NCBI GenBank assembly: GCA_003518055.1
Contig: DOZJ01000002.1
Location: 299,785 to 363,784, forward strand
DNA from: Candidatus Falkowbacteria bacterium
GTDB lineage: Bacteria; Patescibacteriota; Patescibacteriia; UBA11705
DNA length: 64,000 nt
Direction of reading: 5' to 3'
The notes beneath the pieces were generated by a model. That model was not told where the DNA came from, searched no databases, and saw nothing but the letters and a program-made list of their open reading frames with translations. Positions 7,980 to 17,178 of this stretch are shown here, one piece after another (the stretch's first letter is position 1; each line of letters begins with the position of its first letter). The translations under genes and the position numbers were made by a program.

Positions 7980-8940
7980 TGTGTACAATGAAAAAACAAT
8001 AGGCCGAGAACCCACACGCAACGGCTATGGGGCGGCTTTGGTTGAACTTGGCCGAAAAAATAAAAATATCGTGGTCTTGACCGGCGACTTGGCCGAATCC
8101 ACGCGCGCTCAGATGTTTCAGGCCAAATACCCAGAGCGGTTTTTTGATGTCGGAGTGGCTGAACAAAATATGATGGGCGTCGCGGCCGGACTCGCGCTCA
8201 CCGGCAAAATTCCTTTTGTCTCAAGTTACGCGGTCTTCAGCCCGGGCCGCAATTGGGATCAGCTCCGAGTAAGCGTTTGTTACAGCCGGGCCAATGTCAA
8301 AATAATCGGCGCACACACCGGTTTGTCGGTCGGGCCGGATGGCGCCACGCACCAAGCGCTTGAAGACATTGCGATCACTCGTTGTCTGCCGAATTTAACC
8401 GTCATCGCGCCCTGTGACGTTCATGAAACCAAAAAAGCCATTTTCGCCGCGGCCAAAATTGCCGGTCCGGTTTATATTCGTCTCGCCCGTGAGGCCACAC
8501 CGGCTTTCACCACTCCCAACACTGATTTTCAGGTTGGTCGGGCGGATATCTTGCGGCGAGGGCATCATGTTTCCATTATTGGCTGTGGGCCGATTTTGTA
8601 CGAAGCCTTGCAGGCTGCCCACAGTTTGAGTCAAGAGGGGATTGAGGCTGAGGTGATCAATTGCCACACCATAAAACCCATCGATCACAAAACTATTATC
8701 GCCTCCGCCAAAAAGACCGAGGCGGTCGTTACGGTCGAAGAGCACCAAATCATCGGCGGTCTCGGCAGCGCCGTAGCCGAAGTTTTATCCGCACATTATC
8801 CGGTTCCGCTCAAGATGATCGGGGTTAGAGACACTTTTGGCGAATCCGGCACCCCGAATGAACTCATGATCAAGTATGGCTTGGATCGGAATCAAATTAT
8901 CGACACGGTTCGTCGTATGATGAAGTCCTTATTGAAATAA
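7966..8940 (+). CDS. Transketolase, C-terminal subunit
   Basis: GVAEQNM, GPDGATHQ, VTVEEH motifs. Confidence 0.95.
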   Translation: MLVRDVYNEKTIGREPTRNGYGAALVELGRKNKNIVVLTGDLAESTRAQMFQAKYPERFFDVGVAEQNMMGVAAGLALTGKIPFVSSYAVFSPGRNWDQLRVSVCYSRANVKIIGAHTGLSVGPDGATHQALEDIAITRCLPNLTVIAPCDVHETKKAIFAAAKIAGPVYIRLAREATPAFTTPNTDFQVGRADILRRGHHVSIIGCGPILYEALQAAHSLSQEGIEAEVINCHTIKPIDHKTIIASAKKTEAVVTVEEHQIIGGLGSAVAEVLSAHYPVPLKMIGVRDTFGESGTPNELMIKYGLDRNQIIDTVRRMMKSLLK

Positions 8941-8959
8941 ATTCAGGAAAAGTGGTTAA

Positions 8960-9042
8960 TGTCTCTGAACCTGCCTGCCGACTTGTATGCCGTATCTTTA
9001 GCGGCGGTATAAGCCTCAGCGTAGGTAGGCTTGTTTCAGGGA
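8960..9042. repeat. REP-like palindrome with a nested inserted repeat
   Basis: TCTCTGAAC[CTGCCTGCCG-ACTTG-TATGCCG..CGGTATA-AGCCTCAGCGTAGGTAGGC]TTGTTTCAGGGA, related to the copies at 16643 and 32196. Confidence 0.6.
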
Positions 9043-9096
9043 CCCAGTCCCAAAGCTCTCAACTTCAATCATTAGTGGTCAAAAAAATATAATCAT

Positions 9097-10092
9097 ATGG
9101 CTGGAAAAAAAGTGTTTGTTACTCGTCAAATTCCGGACGCCGGGCTTAAATTGTTAAAACACGCCGGATACAGCGTTAAAATCAGTCAAACTGGCCGCGC
9201 GATCAAGCACTCTGATTTAATTGGTGAATTAAAAACCGGTTATGATGCCTTGCTTTGTTTATTAACCGATAAAATCGACGGCGCGGTAATGGATGCCGGT
9301 TTGCCTCGGCTCAAAGTGATCGCCAATTACGCGGTCGGATTTGATAATGTCGATCTTAACGCCGCCAAAGACCGCCGACTCATCATCACCAACACTCCGT
9401 CTGATGTCGTCAATGAATCCGTGGCTGAGCATGTCTTGTCTTTGATTTTTTCTCTTGCGCATCGGGTCGTCGAGGCAGACAATTTTACCCGCGCCGGCAA
9501 ATACAAAGGTTGGCAGCCCGATTTATTCATCGGCCAAAATTTGATGGGAAAGACACTCGGCATTATCGGTCTTGGCCGGATCGGCAAAGCCACGGTTAGG
9601 CGCGCCGTCGGGATGGATATGAAAGTGGTTTATCATGATGTCGTCAGAGACAAACAGTTCGAACAACAATATCGAGCCAAGTTTTTGTCTCAACGAGAGC
9701 TTTTGAAAACCGCGGATTTTGTCTCGCTGAATGTGCCGCTTGTGCCGGCAACCCGTCATTTGCTGTCAACCGCCCAATTCAAACTGATGAAAAAAACCGC
9801 CTTTGTCATCAATACTTCGCGCGGACCGGTTGTTGATGAGATGGCTTTGCTCAAAGCGCTAACCAAGCATGAAATCGCCGGCGCCGGTCTTGATGTGTTT
9901 GAGTGTGAACCGTTGATCGATTGTAATCCGCGCGATCATTATGAATTGCGAATGATGAATAATGTGATCATGACGCCGCACACCGCTTCGGCCACGGTTG
10001 AAGCGCGCGCTGATATGGCGGTGGTCGCGGCCAAAAACATTATTGCCGCTTTATCCGGCAAGCGTCCGCCTAATCAGGTGGTATTTAAATAA
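9097..10092 (+). CDS. D-isomer-specific 2-hydroxyacid dehydrogenase (glyoxylate reductase/D-glycerate dehydrogenase-like)
   Basis: GLGRIG Rossmann motif, INTSRG, LDVFECEP, TPHTAS. Confidence 0.93.
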   Translation: MAGKKVFVTRQIPDAGLKLLKHAGYSVKISQTGRAIKHSDLIGELKTGYDALLCLLTDKIDGAVMDAGLPRLKVIANYAVGFDNVDLNAAKDRRLIITNTPSDVVNESVAEHVLSLIFSLAHRVVEADNFTRAGKYKGWQPDLFIGQNLMGKTLGIIGLGRIGKATVRRAVGMDMKVVYHDVVRDKQFEQQYRAKFLSQRELLKTADFVSLNVPLVPATRHLLSTAQFKLMKKTAFVINTSRGPVVDEMALLKALTKHEIAGAGLDVFECEPLIDCNPRDHYELRMMNNVIMTPHTASATVEARADMAVVAAKNIIAALSGKRPPNQVVFK

Positions 10093-10111
10093 TCTTTTCT
10101 GTTCTGATAAA

Positions 10112-10152
10112 TGTGTCACGCCGAAATTATTGAAGGCATGACACATTTTTTT
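10112..10152 (+). terminator. Intrinsic terminator
   Basis: TGTGTCACGCC...GGCATGACACA followed by a T-run. Confidence 0.65.
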
Positions 10153-10222
10153 AAAAAAATGTTCACAATTGGTTGGGCGAAAGAATCTGTTTGTGGTATA
10201 ATTTATTTGAAATTAATTATCT

Positions 10223-10594
10223 ATGGCCGAACAAACTCTTTCAACCAAGGCGATCAAATTCGTGGCCAAGGATTTGGTGCTGGATTTTTTGTCTTGGCCG
10301 TTTTGGTGGTATTCGCGCGGCGCAGTGCTCGCCGGACGTCGTTTTGTTGATACCATCGCCGAGGGCAGCCGCTCTTTGGCTTTGACCGTATGGATCAAAA
10401 ATGTTTTTGTTCCTATGTACGGCGATTATACCTGGCAGGGGAGATTGATTAGTATTTTAATGCGTCTGGTTCAAATAGTGATCCGCAGTATAATTTTTTG
10501 CGGCTGGATTATTTTTGCACTAGTGGTTTTTATCTTGTGGTTTGTTTTGCCGGTATTTGTGGTCTTTCAGCTTATATTTAATCTGGTTTATTGA
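10223..10594 (+). CDS. Membrane protein upstream of the Clp-like ATPase
   Basis: WPFWWYSRG...NVFVPMYGDY...GRLIS and a C-terminal TM hairpin; closely coupled to the next gene. Confidence 0.8.
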   Translation: MAEQTLSTKAIKFVAKDLVLDFLSWPFWWYSRGAVLAGRRFVDTIAEGSRSLALTVWIKNVFVPMYGDYTWQGRLISILMRLVQIVIRSIIFCGWIIFALVVFILWFVLPVFVVFQLIFNLVY

Positions 10595-10599
10595 CGATT

Positions 10600-13371
10600 A
10601 TGGCTGATCCAAAGTCAAATTCCCACGATTATCACTTTATGGTTTGCGCTTCGTGCCAGGGCACGGGCGGACTCGATGGCAAGGTTTGTTCCGATTGCCG
10701 GGGCTTAGCCGTTGTAATGCCGTTTTACGGCCGGTTTTTGTATTGGGGCAAAACAGTAAATTCACTGCACATTTTTGTCGATCGAGTAATTGAAATTCTA
10801 AATAAAATCATTAATCTGATTCTGATTCTCATCGGAACGTTCGGTTTTTTTCTTCTGTTTTATTTTGACTGGGCGACCGGTTTTGACCGGCTGTTTACTT
10901 TGGCCTATTGGCTGACACCGTCGTTTGAAAAAACCATCTTTTGGTTCACGATTCTGGCGGATTTGTATCTATATTATCGATTGATTCAGGGCAGCGAGCC
11001 CAAGAATCAAGTGCTGCAAAAAATTTTTGTGACCGAACAACGGCCGCCGGATTTTATTGATTGGGCTTATATTCATCGCCAGCCGGAAAGATTAAAGATC
11101 GATGTCTCTCGCTCATTTTCAGTCTCAGCGATCAGTTTGGTTGAGCAGTCATGGCAGGTGGCCAAAAATTTTGAACACGCAAGCGTTGGGAGGCTCCATC
11201 TTTTTGCTTCAGTCCCGGCGTTTAACGATGGCGCCGTTATTTGGGGCCGGCTCGGCATTAACGCAGAAAAATTCAAAGAAAAGTTAGCGCGGGCTTTGGA
11301 TTGGCAGGTTGAAGGCCGGGCGCGCCAAACATATTTATCAGCCTTGCTGCACAAGGTTTTATTGGTCAGCTATCTCGAAGCCTACACCGAAAGGCGGCGC
11401 AAAGTGGATATTCCCGAAGTGATTGCCGCCTTGATCAACCTCGATACTTTGACCAAAAACGAACAGCTTGAAGATTTAATCGGGAAGATTCTAATTGACC
11501 TTGATTTGAATTATCAAAAAATGGCCAATGTCGTCACCTGGGTTCGTTTGCAGCGACAGCTCCGTGAGCGGCTCAGTCGGTTTCGTCATAGCGCCCAATA
11601 CAAACCTCGGTCAGGTTTGGATCGAGCCATGACCGGTGTGGCCACGCCTTTTCTTGATCAATTCAGCACTGATTTGACCAAACAGTCGATGCTTGGGCAG
11701 CTTTTTCCCTGTATCGGCCGCGACAAAGAATTTGATCAACTGTATCGTGTGTTGGAGGGCAGCCGCGACGGTGTGCTGCTGGTTGGTAATGTCGGTGTCG
11801 GCCGATCCACTATTTTGTATGGCTTGGCTGAGCGCATGGTGGAAGAAACCGTACCGGCCGCGCTCCAAGATAAACGGCTAGTGAGTATCAATGTGTCTCG
11901 CTTGATTGGCGGCGTGAGCGCTGAGGAGGCTGAAGGCCGGCTACTGACGTTGGCTGATGAAGTGATCAAATCGCGCAATATTGTTCTCGTCATCGAAGAC
12001 CTTCATAACATTGTTGGTGTTTCCGGGTCCGGATCGGGGCTGGATTTATCCGAGGTTTTGGCTGAGCTGATGCGCAAGCGGTTGTTTATGATTATCGGTA
12101 CGACCACTCCGAGTGATTATTCTGGCACGATTGAAAAAAGTTCATTGTTTGAAGTGTTTAAGTCGGTAAAAATCAATGAACTGGAAATCAATGACGCCAT
12201 TCAGGTCTGCGAGGCCAAAAGCGGGCCGATTGAATACAAAAATAATGTTTATTTTTCTTACGATAGTATTGAAAAATCGGTTATTCTAACCGACAAATAT
12301 TCCCACGACAAATATCTGCCGGAAAAAGCCTTGGAAGTGCTGGAAGAGGTCGCCGTCAATGTCCGCAAGAATAAAGGAGAAAAAAATGTGGTGACGGCCG
12401 AGGATGTGGCGGTCGTGGTGGCGGAAAAAACCGGCGTCAAGGTTACCGGGGTGACTCAGGATGAAAGTAAAAAATTGCTCAACCTCGAACAGGATATCCA
12501 TCGACGCGTCATCGGTCAGGACGAAGCGGTCAAGGTGATTGCAGCCAGTTTGCGGCGTGCTCGAGCTGAACTGCGTGATGAAAAACGGCCGATTTCCAGT
12601 TTTCTTTTTCTTGGCCCGACCGGCGTCGGTAAGACTGAATTAGCCAAGGCGGTGTCCGAGGTTTACTTTGGCTCAGAGGAGCAAATGCTTCGTTTTGATA
12701 TGAGTGAATTTCAAGAGCAAAGCAGTATCGCGCGTTTGATTGGCAACGGCACTGAGCCGGGTGTCTTGACCGAAGCGGTCCGTAAAACTCCTTATGCCTT
12801 GCTTCTCTGCGATGAGATTGAAAAAGCCCATCCGGATATATTGAATTTATTTTTACAAGTGATGGATGACGGCCGGCTGACCGACGGCAGCGGCGAAACA
12901 ATTGATTTCACCAATTTGATTATCATTATGACGAGTAATGCCGGCGCTCAGCTGATCCAAGACAAAATTCACGACGGATTGGTGATTGAAGATATCAAAG
13001 AATTATTGATCAACGAAGAACTCAAAAAATATTACCGGCCTGAATTTATCAACCGGTTTGACGGCGTAATCGTCTTCCGGCCGCTGACCATGGAAAACGT
13101 GATCCAAATCGCACGGCTGATGGCGGCCAAGATTATCAAACGGCTGGCGGAAAAAGAAATCATCCTCGAAATCTCCGACGCGGCCGTGGCTGAATTGGCT
13201 GAGCAGGGATTTGATCCCCGCTTTGGCGCCCGACCTTTGCGGCGGGTGATGCAGGAAAAAGTTGACGATACGCTGGCCAACTATCTACTTGAAGGCAAGG
13301 TCTCGCGCCGTGACAAAATCATTCTCGAACCCGGCGGACAGATCAAAGTTGAAAAAGCCGACCAAATTTAA
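10600..13371 (+). CDS. ClpA/B/C-family AAA+ ATPase with N-terminal Cys motif and TM segments
   Basis: AAA-2 GPTGVGKT, DEIEKAHP, DDGRLTD, GARPLRR. AAA-1 GNVGVGRS (degenerate). N-terminal CASCQGTG..CSDC followed by hydrophobic helices. Confidence 0.92.
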   Translation: MADPKSNSHDYHFMVCASCQGTGGLDGKVCSDCRGLAVVMPFYGRFLYWGKTVNSLHIFVDRVIEILNKIINLILILIGTFGFFLLFYFDWATGFDRLFTLAYWLTPSFEKTIFWFTILADLYLYYRLIQGSEPKNQVLQKIFVTEQRPPDFIDWAYIHRQPERLKIDVSRSFSVSAISLVEQSWQVAKNFEHASVGRLHLFASVPAFNDGAVIWGRLGINAEKFKEKLARALDWQVEGRARQTYLSALLHKVLLVSYLEAYTERRRKVDIPEVIAALINLDTLTKNEQLEDLIGKILIDLDLNYQKMANVVTWVRLQRQLRERLSRFRHSAQYKPRSGLDRAMTGVATPFLDQFSTDLTKQSMLGQLFPCIGRDKEFDQLYRVLEGSRDGVLLVGNVGVGRSTILYGLAERMVEETVPAALQDKRLVSINVSRLIGGVSAEEAEGRLLTLADEVIKSRNIVLVIEDLHNIVGVSGSGSGLDLSEVLAELMRKRLFMIIGTTTPSDYSGTIEKSSLFEVFKSVKINELEINDAIQVCEAKSGPIEYKNNVYFSYDSIEKSVILTDKYSHDKYLPEKALEVLEEVAVNVRKNKGEKNVVTAEDVAVVVAEKTGVKVTGVTQDESKKLLNLEQDIHRRVIGQDEAVKVIAASLRRARAELRDEKRPISSFLFLGPTGVGKTELAKAVSEVYFGSEEQMLRFDMSEFQEQSSIARLIGNGTEPGVLTEAVRKTPYALLLCDEIEKAHPDILNLFLQVMDDGRLTDGSGETIDFTNLIIIMTSNAGAQLIQDKIHDGLVIEDIKELLINEELKKYYRPEFINRFDGVIVFRPLTMENVIQIARLMAAKIIKRLAEKEIILEISDAAVAELAEQGFDPRFGARPLRRVMQEKVDDTLANYLLEGKVSRRDKIILEPGGQIKVEKADQI

Positions 13372-13417
13372 GTGTAGAAAACAGATTCGGCACGTCGACG
13401 TATTATCCTAAACATCT

Positions 13418-13449
13418 CCGAAAGCGCGATTTCGAAATCGCGCTTTCGG
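13418..13449. repeat. 32-nt perfect palindrome (REP-like family; possible bidirectional terminator)
   Basis: CCGAAAGCGCGATTTC|GAAATCGCGCTTTCGG; relatives at 19900, 41934 and 45532. Confidence 0.8.
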
Positions 13450-13493
13450 TTTTTGATCAAAAAACACTTTGTCATTTCAAAGTGTTAAATATC

Positions 13494-14066
13494 TTATCTC
13501 TTGCGGCCGAAGATTCCGGCCAGCAGAACATTGCGGCTGTCCTTGATCTGCCGCTCGGTCATGTTAACAAACCAGGCAAAAAGCTTGTCAACCAATCTAG
13601 CGCTTACATCTCCCACAAATCCCAGATCAAGAGCCAGCGTGATCGGCTGATTTGATGGGCCATTAAAATGTTGATATGGAGCGTTGTTTAGCCAAACTTC
13701 ATTCCCAGTGAGGAAAGATGTCATCAGCTTCAAGTTGACGGTAGTTCCCAAAAGGCTTTGGATCATCATTCGGCGAAGCTCATCGAAAAACTCCTCTGTA
13801 TTTTTGAATCCGAACAAGTGAACTCCCGGGCCTCGATGAGACACTGGAATGAACAAAAGCTGGTCATCGGCTTCGTGCAGTTCCAGAGGTGCTAGGATAT
13901 CGGTATATTCAGGGGTGACAACCACCGCAGAGACCACCGCAGATGGGTGACTTCGTAGGAAAAAAGCATAGTTATGAATTTCGGCCGTATGCTTCAGCCG
14001 CAGCTTGATTTCTCCCGAGGCCAAAAACTCATTAATATCAACGCTGACCACGAACAGATTGGCCAT
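13494..14066 (-). CDS. Hypothetical protein (orphan cassette)
   Basis: GGGAGG SD, TTGACT-17-TATAGT promoter at 14170-14198 (minus), terminator AACACTTTG/CAAAGTGTT. Confidence 0.7.
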   Translation of the reverse strand: MANLFVVSVDINEFLASGEIKLRLKHTAEIHNYAFFLRSHPSAVVSAVVVTPEYTDILAPLELHEADDQLLFIPVSHRGPGVHLFGFKNTEEFFDELRRMMIQSLLGTTVNLKLMTSFLTGNEVWLNNAPYQHFNGPSNQPITLALDLGFVGDVSARLVDKLFAWFVNMTERQIKDSRNVLLAGIFGRKR

Positions 14067-14247
14067 CGCCGCCTCCCGGCCCCATTCGACCTAGCTCGCG
14101 CTATCGAATCAAGAGCCTGTGGGGTTGTCGGTAACAATCTCACTTGAGATTGTCTTCATGCGATATCATACTATAAAGCATTCGCGGGAAAAAGTCAAGA
14201 GCAGCCTTGAAAATTATGTTATTATTACCTACAATAAGGGCAAATAT

Positions 14248-15360
14248 ATGATGACCGTAGATTATTTATTTGCTTTTATCTGCGCCTTTATTATCGGCGT
14301 GATCATCACTCCGGGTTTTATTTATCTTTCCCGCCGTTTGGGACTGGTTGATCGGCCGACAAAAGAGCGCAAGATTCATAAAAAAAATATCCCCTTGGTT
14401 GGCGGGGCCAGTTTGCTCGCGACCGGAATTATCGTTGGTCTGATTTACTATTTTTTTTCCGATGCTTTGACCGCCGTTACGGTTAAACCGAAACATCTTC
14501 TCGGCTTGGGGATTGGTTCCATGATTATTGTGGTTGGGGGGCTGATTGATGATAAAAAAGATTTGCCGGCCAAGGCGCAAATTCTCTTTCCGCTGGCTGC
14601 CATTGTTTCCGTAATCGTGAGCGGAATCGGTATCGATTGGATCAAAAATCCGCTGACCGGAGACTTGTGGCGTCTCGATGCCTATCGCTCCACCTTGCTT
14701 TGGTATGATGGCTTGCCGTATCGATTTACCCTGCTCGCCGATTTATTTACCGTGGTTTGGCTTATGGCGATGATGTACACGACCAAACTGCTCGATGGTC
14801 TTGACGGCTTGGTCTCAGGCATCGGCGTTATTGCCAGTGTTTTCACTTTTATTGTCGCCCTGATAGTCGAGCCGCATCAAACCGATATCGCGCTTTTGAG
14901 TTTAATTTTTGGCAGCGCGCTGCTGGCTTTTCTGGTTTACAATTTTAATCCGGCCAAAGCTTTTCTGGGTGAAGGCGGCAGTCTGCTGGTCGGGTTTATC
15001 CTCGGTGTCTTATCTATCATGAGCGGCAGCAAGGTGGCGGTGACGCTGATTATTGTCGCCGTTCCCATGCTCGACGTTCTCTGGACCATTATCCGCCGGT
15101 TGTTGGAGGGCAAAAATCCTTTTACGGCGGCCGACCGCAAGCACCTTCATCATCGCTTGCTGGATGCCGGATTCTCGGTCCGGTCAGCAGTGATGATTTT
15201 GTACTTGTTATCAATCATTTTTGGTCTCTTGGTTTTGTGGCTGCAGCAATTTGGCTATGGTTTACTAATTTTGGGTTTTGTGGTGTTGTTAACTTTTATC
15301 CTTCTCACCGGTTATATTTACAAGGTAATCGCGGAAAAAAGCCGGTCAAACCTTGACTAG
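14248..15360 (+). CDS. MraY/WecA(TagO)-family undecaprenyl-phosphate GlcNAc-1-P transferase
   Basis: IPLVGG, GLIDD, LLDGLDGL, NFNPAKAFLGEGG, ADRKHLHHRL; multiple TM segments. Confidence 0.93.
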   Translation: MMTVDYLFAFICAFIIGVIITPGFIYLSRRLGLVDRPTKERKIHKKNIPLVGGASLLATGIIVGLIYYFFSDALTAVTVKPKHLLGLGIGSMIIVVGGLIDDKKDLPAKAQILFPLAAIVSVIVSGIGIDWIKNPLTGDLWRLDAYRSTLLWYDGLPYRFTLLADLFTVVWLMAMMYTTKLLDGLDGLVSGIGVIASVFTFIVALIVEPHQTDIALLSLIFGSALLAFLVYNFNPAKAFLGEGGSLLVGFILGVLSIMSGSKVAVTLIIVAVPMLDVLWTIIRRLLEGKNPFTAADRKHLHHRLLDAGFSVRSAVMILYLLSIIFGLLVLWLQQFGYGLLILGFVVLLTFILLTGYIYKVIAEKSRSNLD

Positions 15361-15560
15361 TTCAAATTAATGATGTATTCTAATTGAGAATACTGAAGAA
15401 TTGTCCTATTTATTATAATTATATCCTAATTTCTAAGTCCTGAATCCTAAACAATGATATTTAGGGTTTAGCGTGAAGCGTTTAGCGTTTAGTTGAACTA
15501 GACACCCTTTACGTTGCAGCTTATTTAGAATTTTTAATTTTTAATTTAAAATTTAACGCT

Positions 15561-15983
15561 ATGTCATTTGCAGTCATTCGAACCGGTGGAAAACAATATA
15601 AAGTGTCTGAAGGCACGCAGCTCAAAATCGAAAAAATCGCCGGTGAAGCCGGGGAAAAAGTAATTTTTGATCAAGTCCTGTTGATTTCCGATGACAAGGG
15701 TGAGAGTATGGAGCTTGGCCAACCGGTCTTGACCGGCAAAACCGTGGAGGCGGATATTCTTCTCCAAGCCCGAGACCGCAAGATCAACGTGGTCAAGTAC
15801 AAATCCAAAACCCGTTATCACAAAGTCTATGGCCACCGCCAGCACTTTACCAAAGTCAAGATCACCAAAATCGGCGGAGCAGTCAAAAAAGAAACCGTCA
15901 AAGCTGACGACCAGAAAGCTGAAATCAAGAAAGCTCCGGTCAAAAAAGCCCCGGCCGTCAAAAAAGCTTCAGTAAAAAAATAA
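15561..15983 (+). CDS. rplU: 50S ribosomal protein L21 with Lys/Ala/Pro-rich tail
   Basis: FAVIRTGGKQYKV, GHRQHFT. Confidence 0.98.
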   Translation: MSFAVIRTGGKQYKVSEGTQLKIEKIAGEAGEKVIFDQVLLISDDKGESMELGQPVLTGKTVEADILLQARDRKINVVKYKSKTRYHKVYGHRQHFTKVKITKIGGAVKKETVKADDQKAEIKKAPVKKAPAVKKASVKK

Positions 15984-15989
15984 GATAAT

Positions 15990-16019
15990 AAAAAAATCAG
16001 CCACTCGGCTGGTTTTTTT
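15990..16019. terminator. Bidirectional terminator between rplU and recR
   Basis: A-run, CAGCC-ACTC-GGCTG, T-run. Confidence 0.7.
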
Positions 16020-16026
16020 ATTCGTT

Positions 16027-16632
16027 CTAATTAACTTCTCGTCTATTGCTCAGCGCGTTTGCCAGCGTCACTTCATCAGCGTATTCGATGTCTGAGCCCA
16101 TGGGCAAACCGCGAGCCAGCCGGGTGATTTTTATTCCCGGTATTGGCTGCAAAAATTTATTGAGATACATGATGGTCGCTTCACCCTGCATATCGGGATT
16201 CAAAGCCAGGATAACTTCAGTCACTTTATTTTTTTTGATCCGGTCAATCAGATTTTGCAGATTTAATTTGTCAGGGGTAATGCCTTCAAGCGGGTTGAGT
16301 ACCCCGCCAAGAATATGATACAAACCGCGGAAAGTATCGGTTTCTTCAATTACATTCAGATCGTGATGTTCTTCTACCAAACATAAAATTGTCTTATCCC
16401 GTTTTGGATCATCGCAGATTGAGCACAGAGTTTGAGCGAAACTGAAATTATGACATTCTTGACACTTGTTTACCGCGCTCAACTGTTCAAAATGACCGGA
16501 GAATTTGTGAATATAGGCGGCATTTTGTTTTAATACAAAAAAAACCAGACGTTCGGCGGTTTTTCGGCCAATGCCGGGCAGAGTATTGAAATCATCAATG
16601 AGATTTTGGATTTGTTCGGGAAACCGGGCCAT
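16027..16632 (-). CDS. recR: Recombination mediator RecR
   Basis: LPGIGRKTAER HhH, C4 zinc finger, TRLARGLPMG. Confidence 0.97.
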   Translation of the reverse strand: MARFPEQIQNLIDDFNTLPGIGRKTAERLVFFVLKQNAAYIHKFSGHFEQLSAVNKCQECHNFSFAQTLCSICDDPKRDKTILCLVEEHHDLNVIEETDTFRGLYHILGGVLNPLEGITPDKLNLQNLIDRIKKNKVTEVILALNPDMQGEATIMYLNKFLQPIPGIKITRLARGLPMGSDIEYADEVTLANALSNRREVN

Positions 16633-16642
16633 ATTTATTGTG

Positions 16643-16723
16643 TTATGCTGGGTCTCTCGCTTGCCCGACGACTTGTCTGTCGGAGTTTTAACGAAGGCAG
16701 AAGTTCAAACGAAGTTAGGTCGG
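16643..16723. repeat. Composite nested repeat (paralog of 32196-32278)
   Basis: GTTATGCTGGGTCTCTCG-CTTGCCCGACG-ACTTGTCTGTCGGAGTTTTAACGAAGGCAGAAGTT... shares a long core with the 32196 copy. Confidence 0.75.
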
Positions 16724-16775
16724 CTGCAATTGATTTCGATGTTTTTGTAATATCCGTAACATTAGTATATTAGTA

Positions 16776-17069
16776 TTACCCCAACCCCGGCAAATTAAAG
16801 TTACCCGATTTCTGCATGGCCATAGCCGCTTCGCGCTGGACTTTTTTCATCGCGCTGTTGGTCGCGTCCTTGATTGCGTCCTGCAGTTTTTCTCGGTCGG
16901 TCATAATTTCAGGGTCAATCTCGATTGAAATCATTTCTTGATTGCCATTGACTTTGACCTTGACCTTGCCCCAGGCGGCGTCGGCATCAGCAATAATTTC
17001 GCTCAGCATACTTTGAAGCTGCTTGGCTTGGTGGCGCAGGTCTTTGATGTTTTTGAGTTTGTTGAACAT
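16776..17069 (-). CDS. ybaB: YbaB/EbfC nucleoid-associated protein
   Basis: About 100 aa, GKVKVKVNGNQE..IEID, located upstream of recR. Confidence 0.9.
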   Translation of the reverse strand: MFNKLKNIKDLRHQAKQLQSMLSEIIADADAAWGKVKVKVNGNQEMISIEIDPEIMTDREKLQDAIKDATNSAMKKVQREAAMAMQKSGNFNLPGLG

Positions 17070-17178
17070 AAGGTTTATTTAGCTTAAAAAATAAATTAAA
17101 AGTTGTGGGGTAAATGCAAATGATAAGTGATTCTCGAATAAATCAAACGGTTCTGGTGGTTAACTTCGGCGAGAGCTG

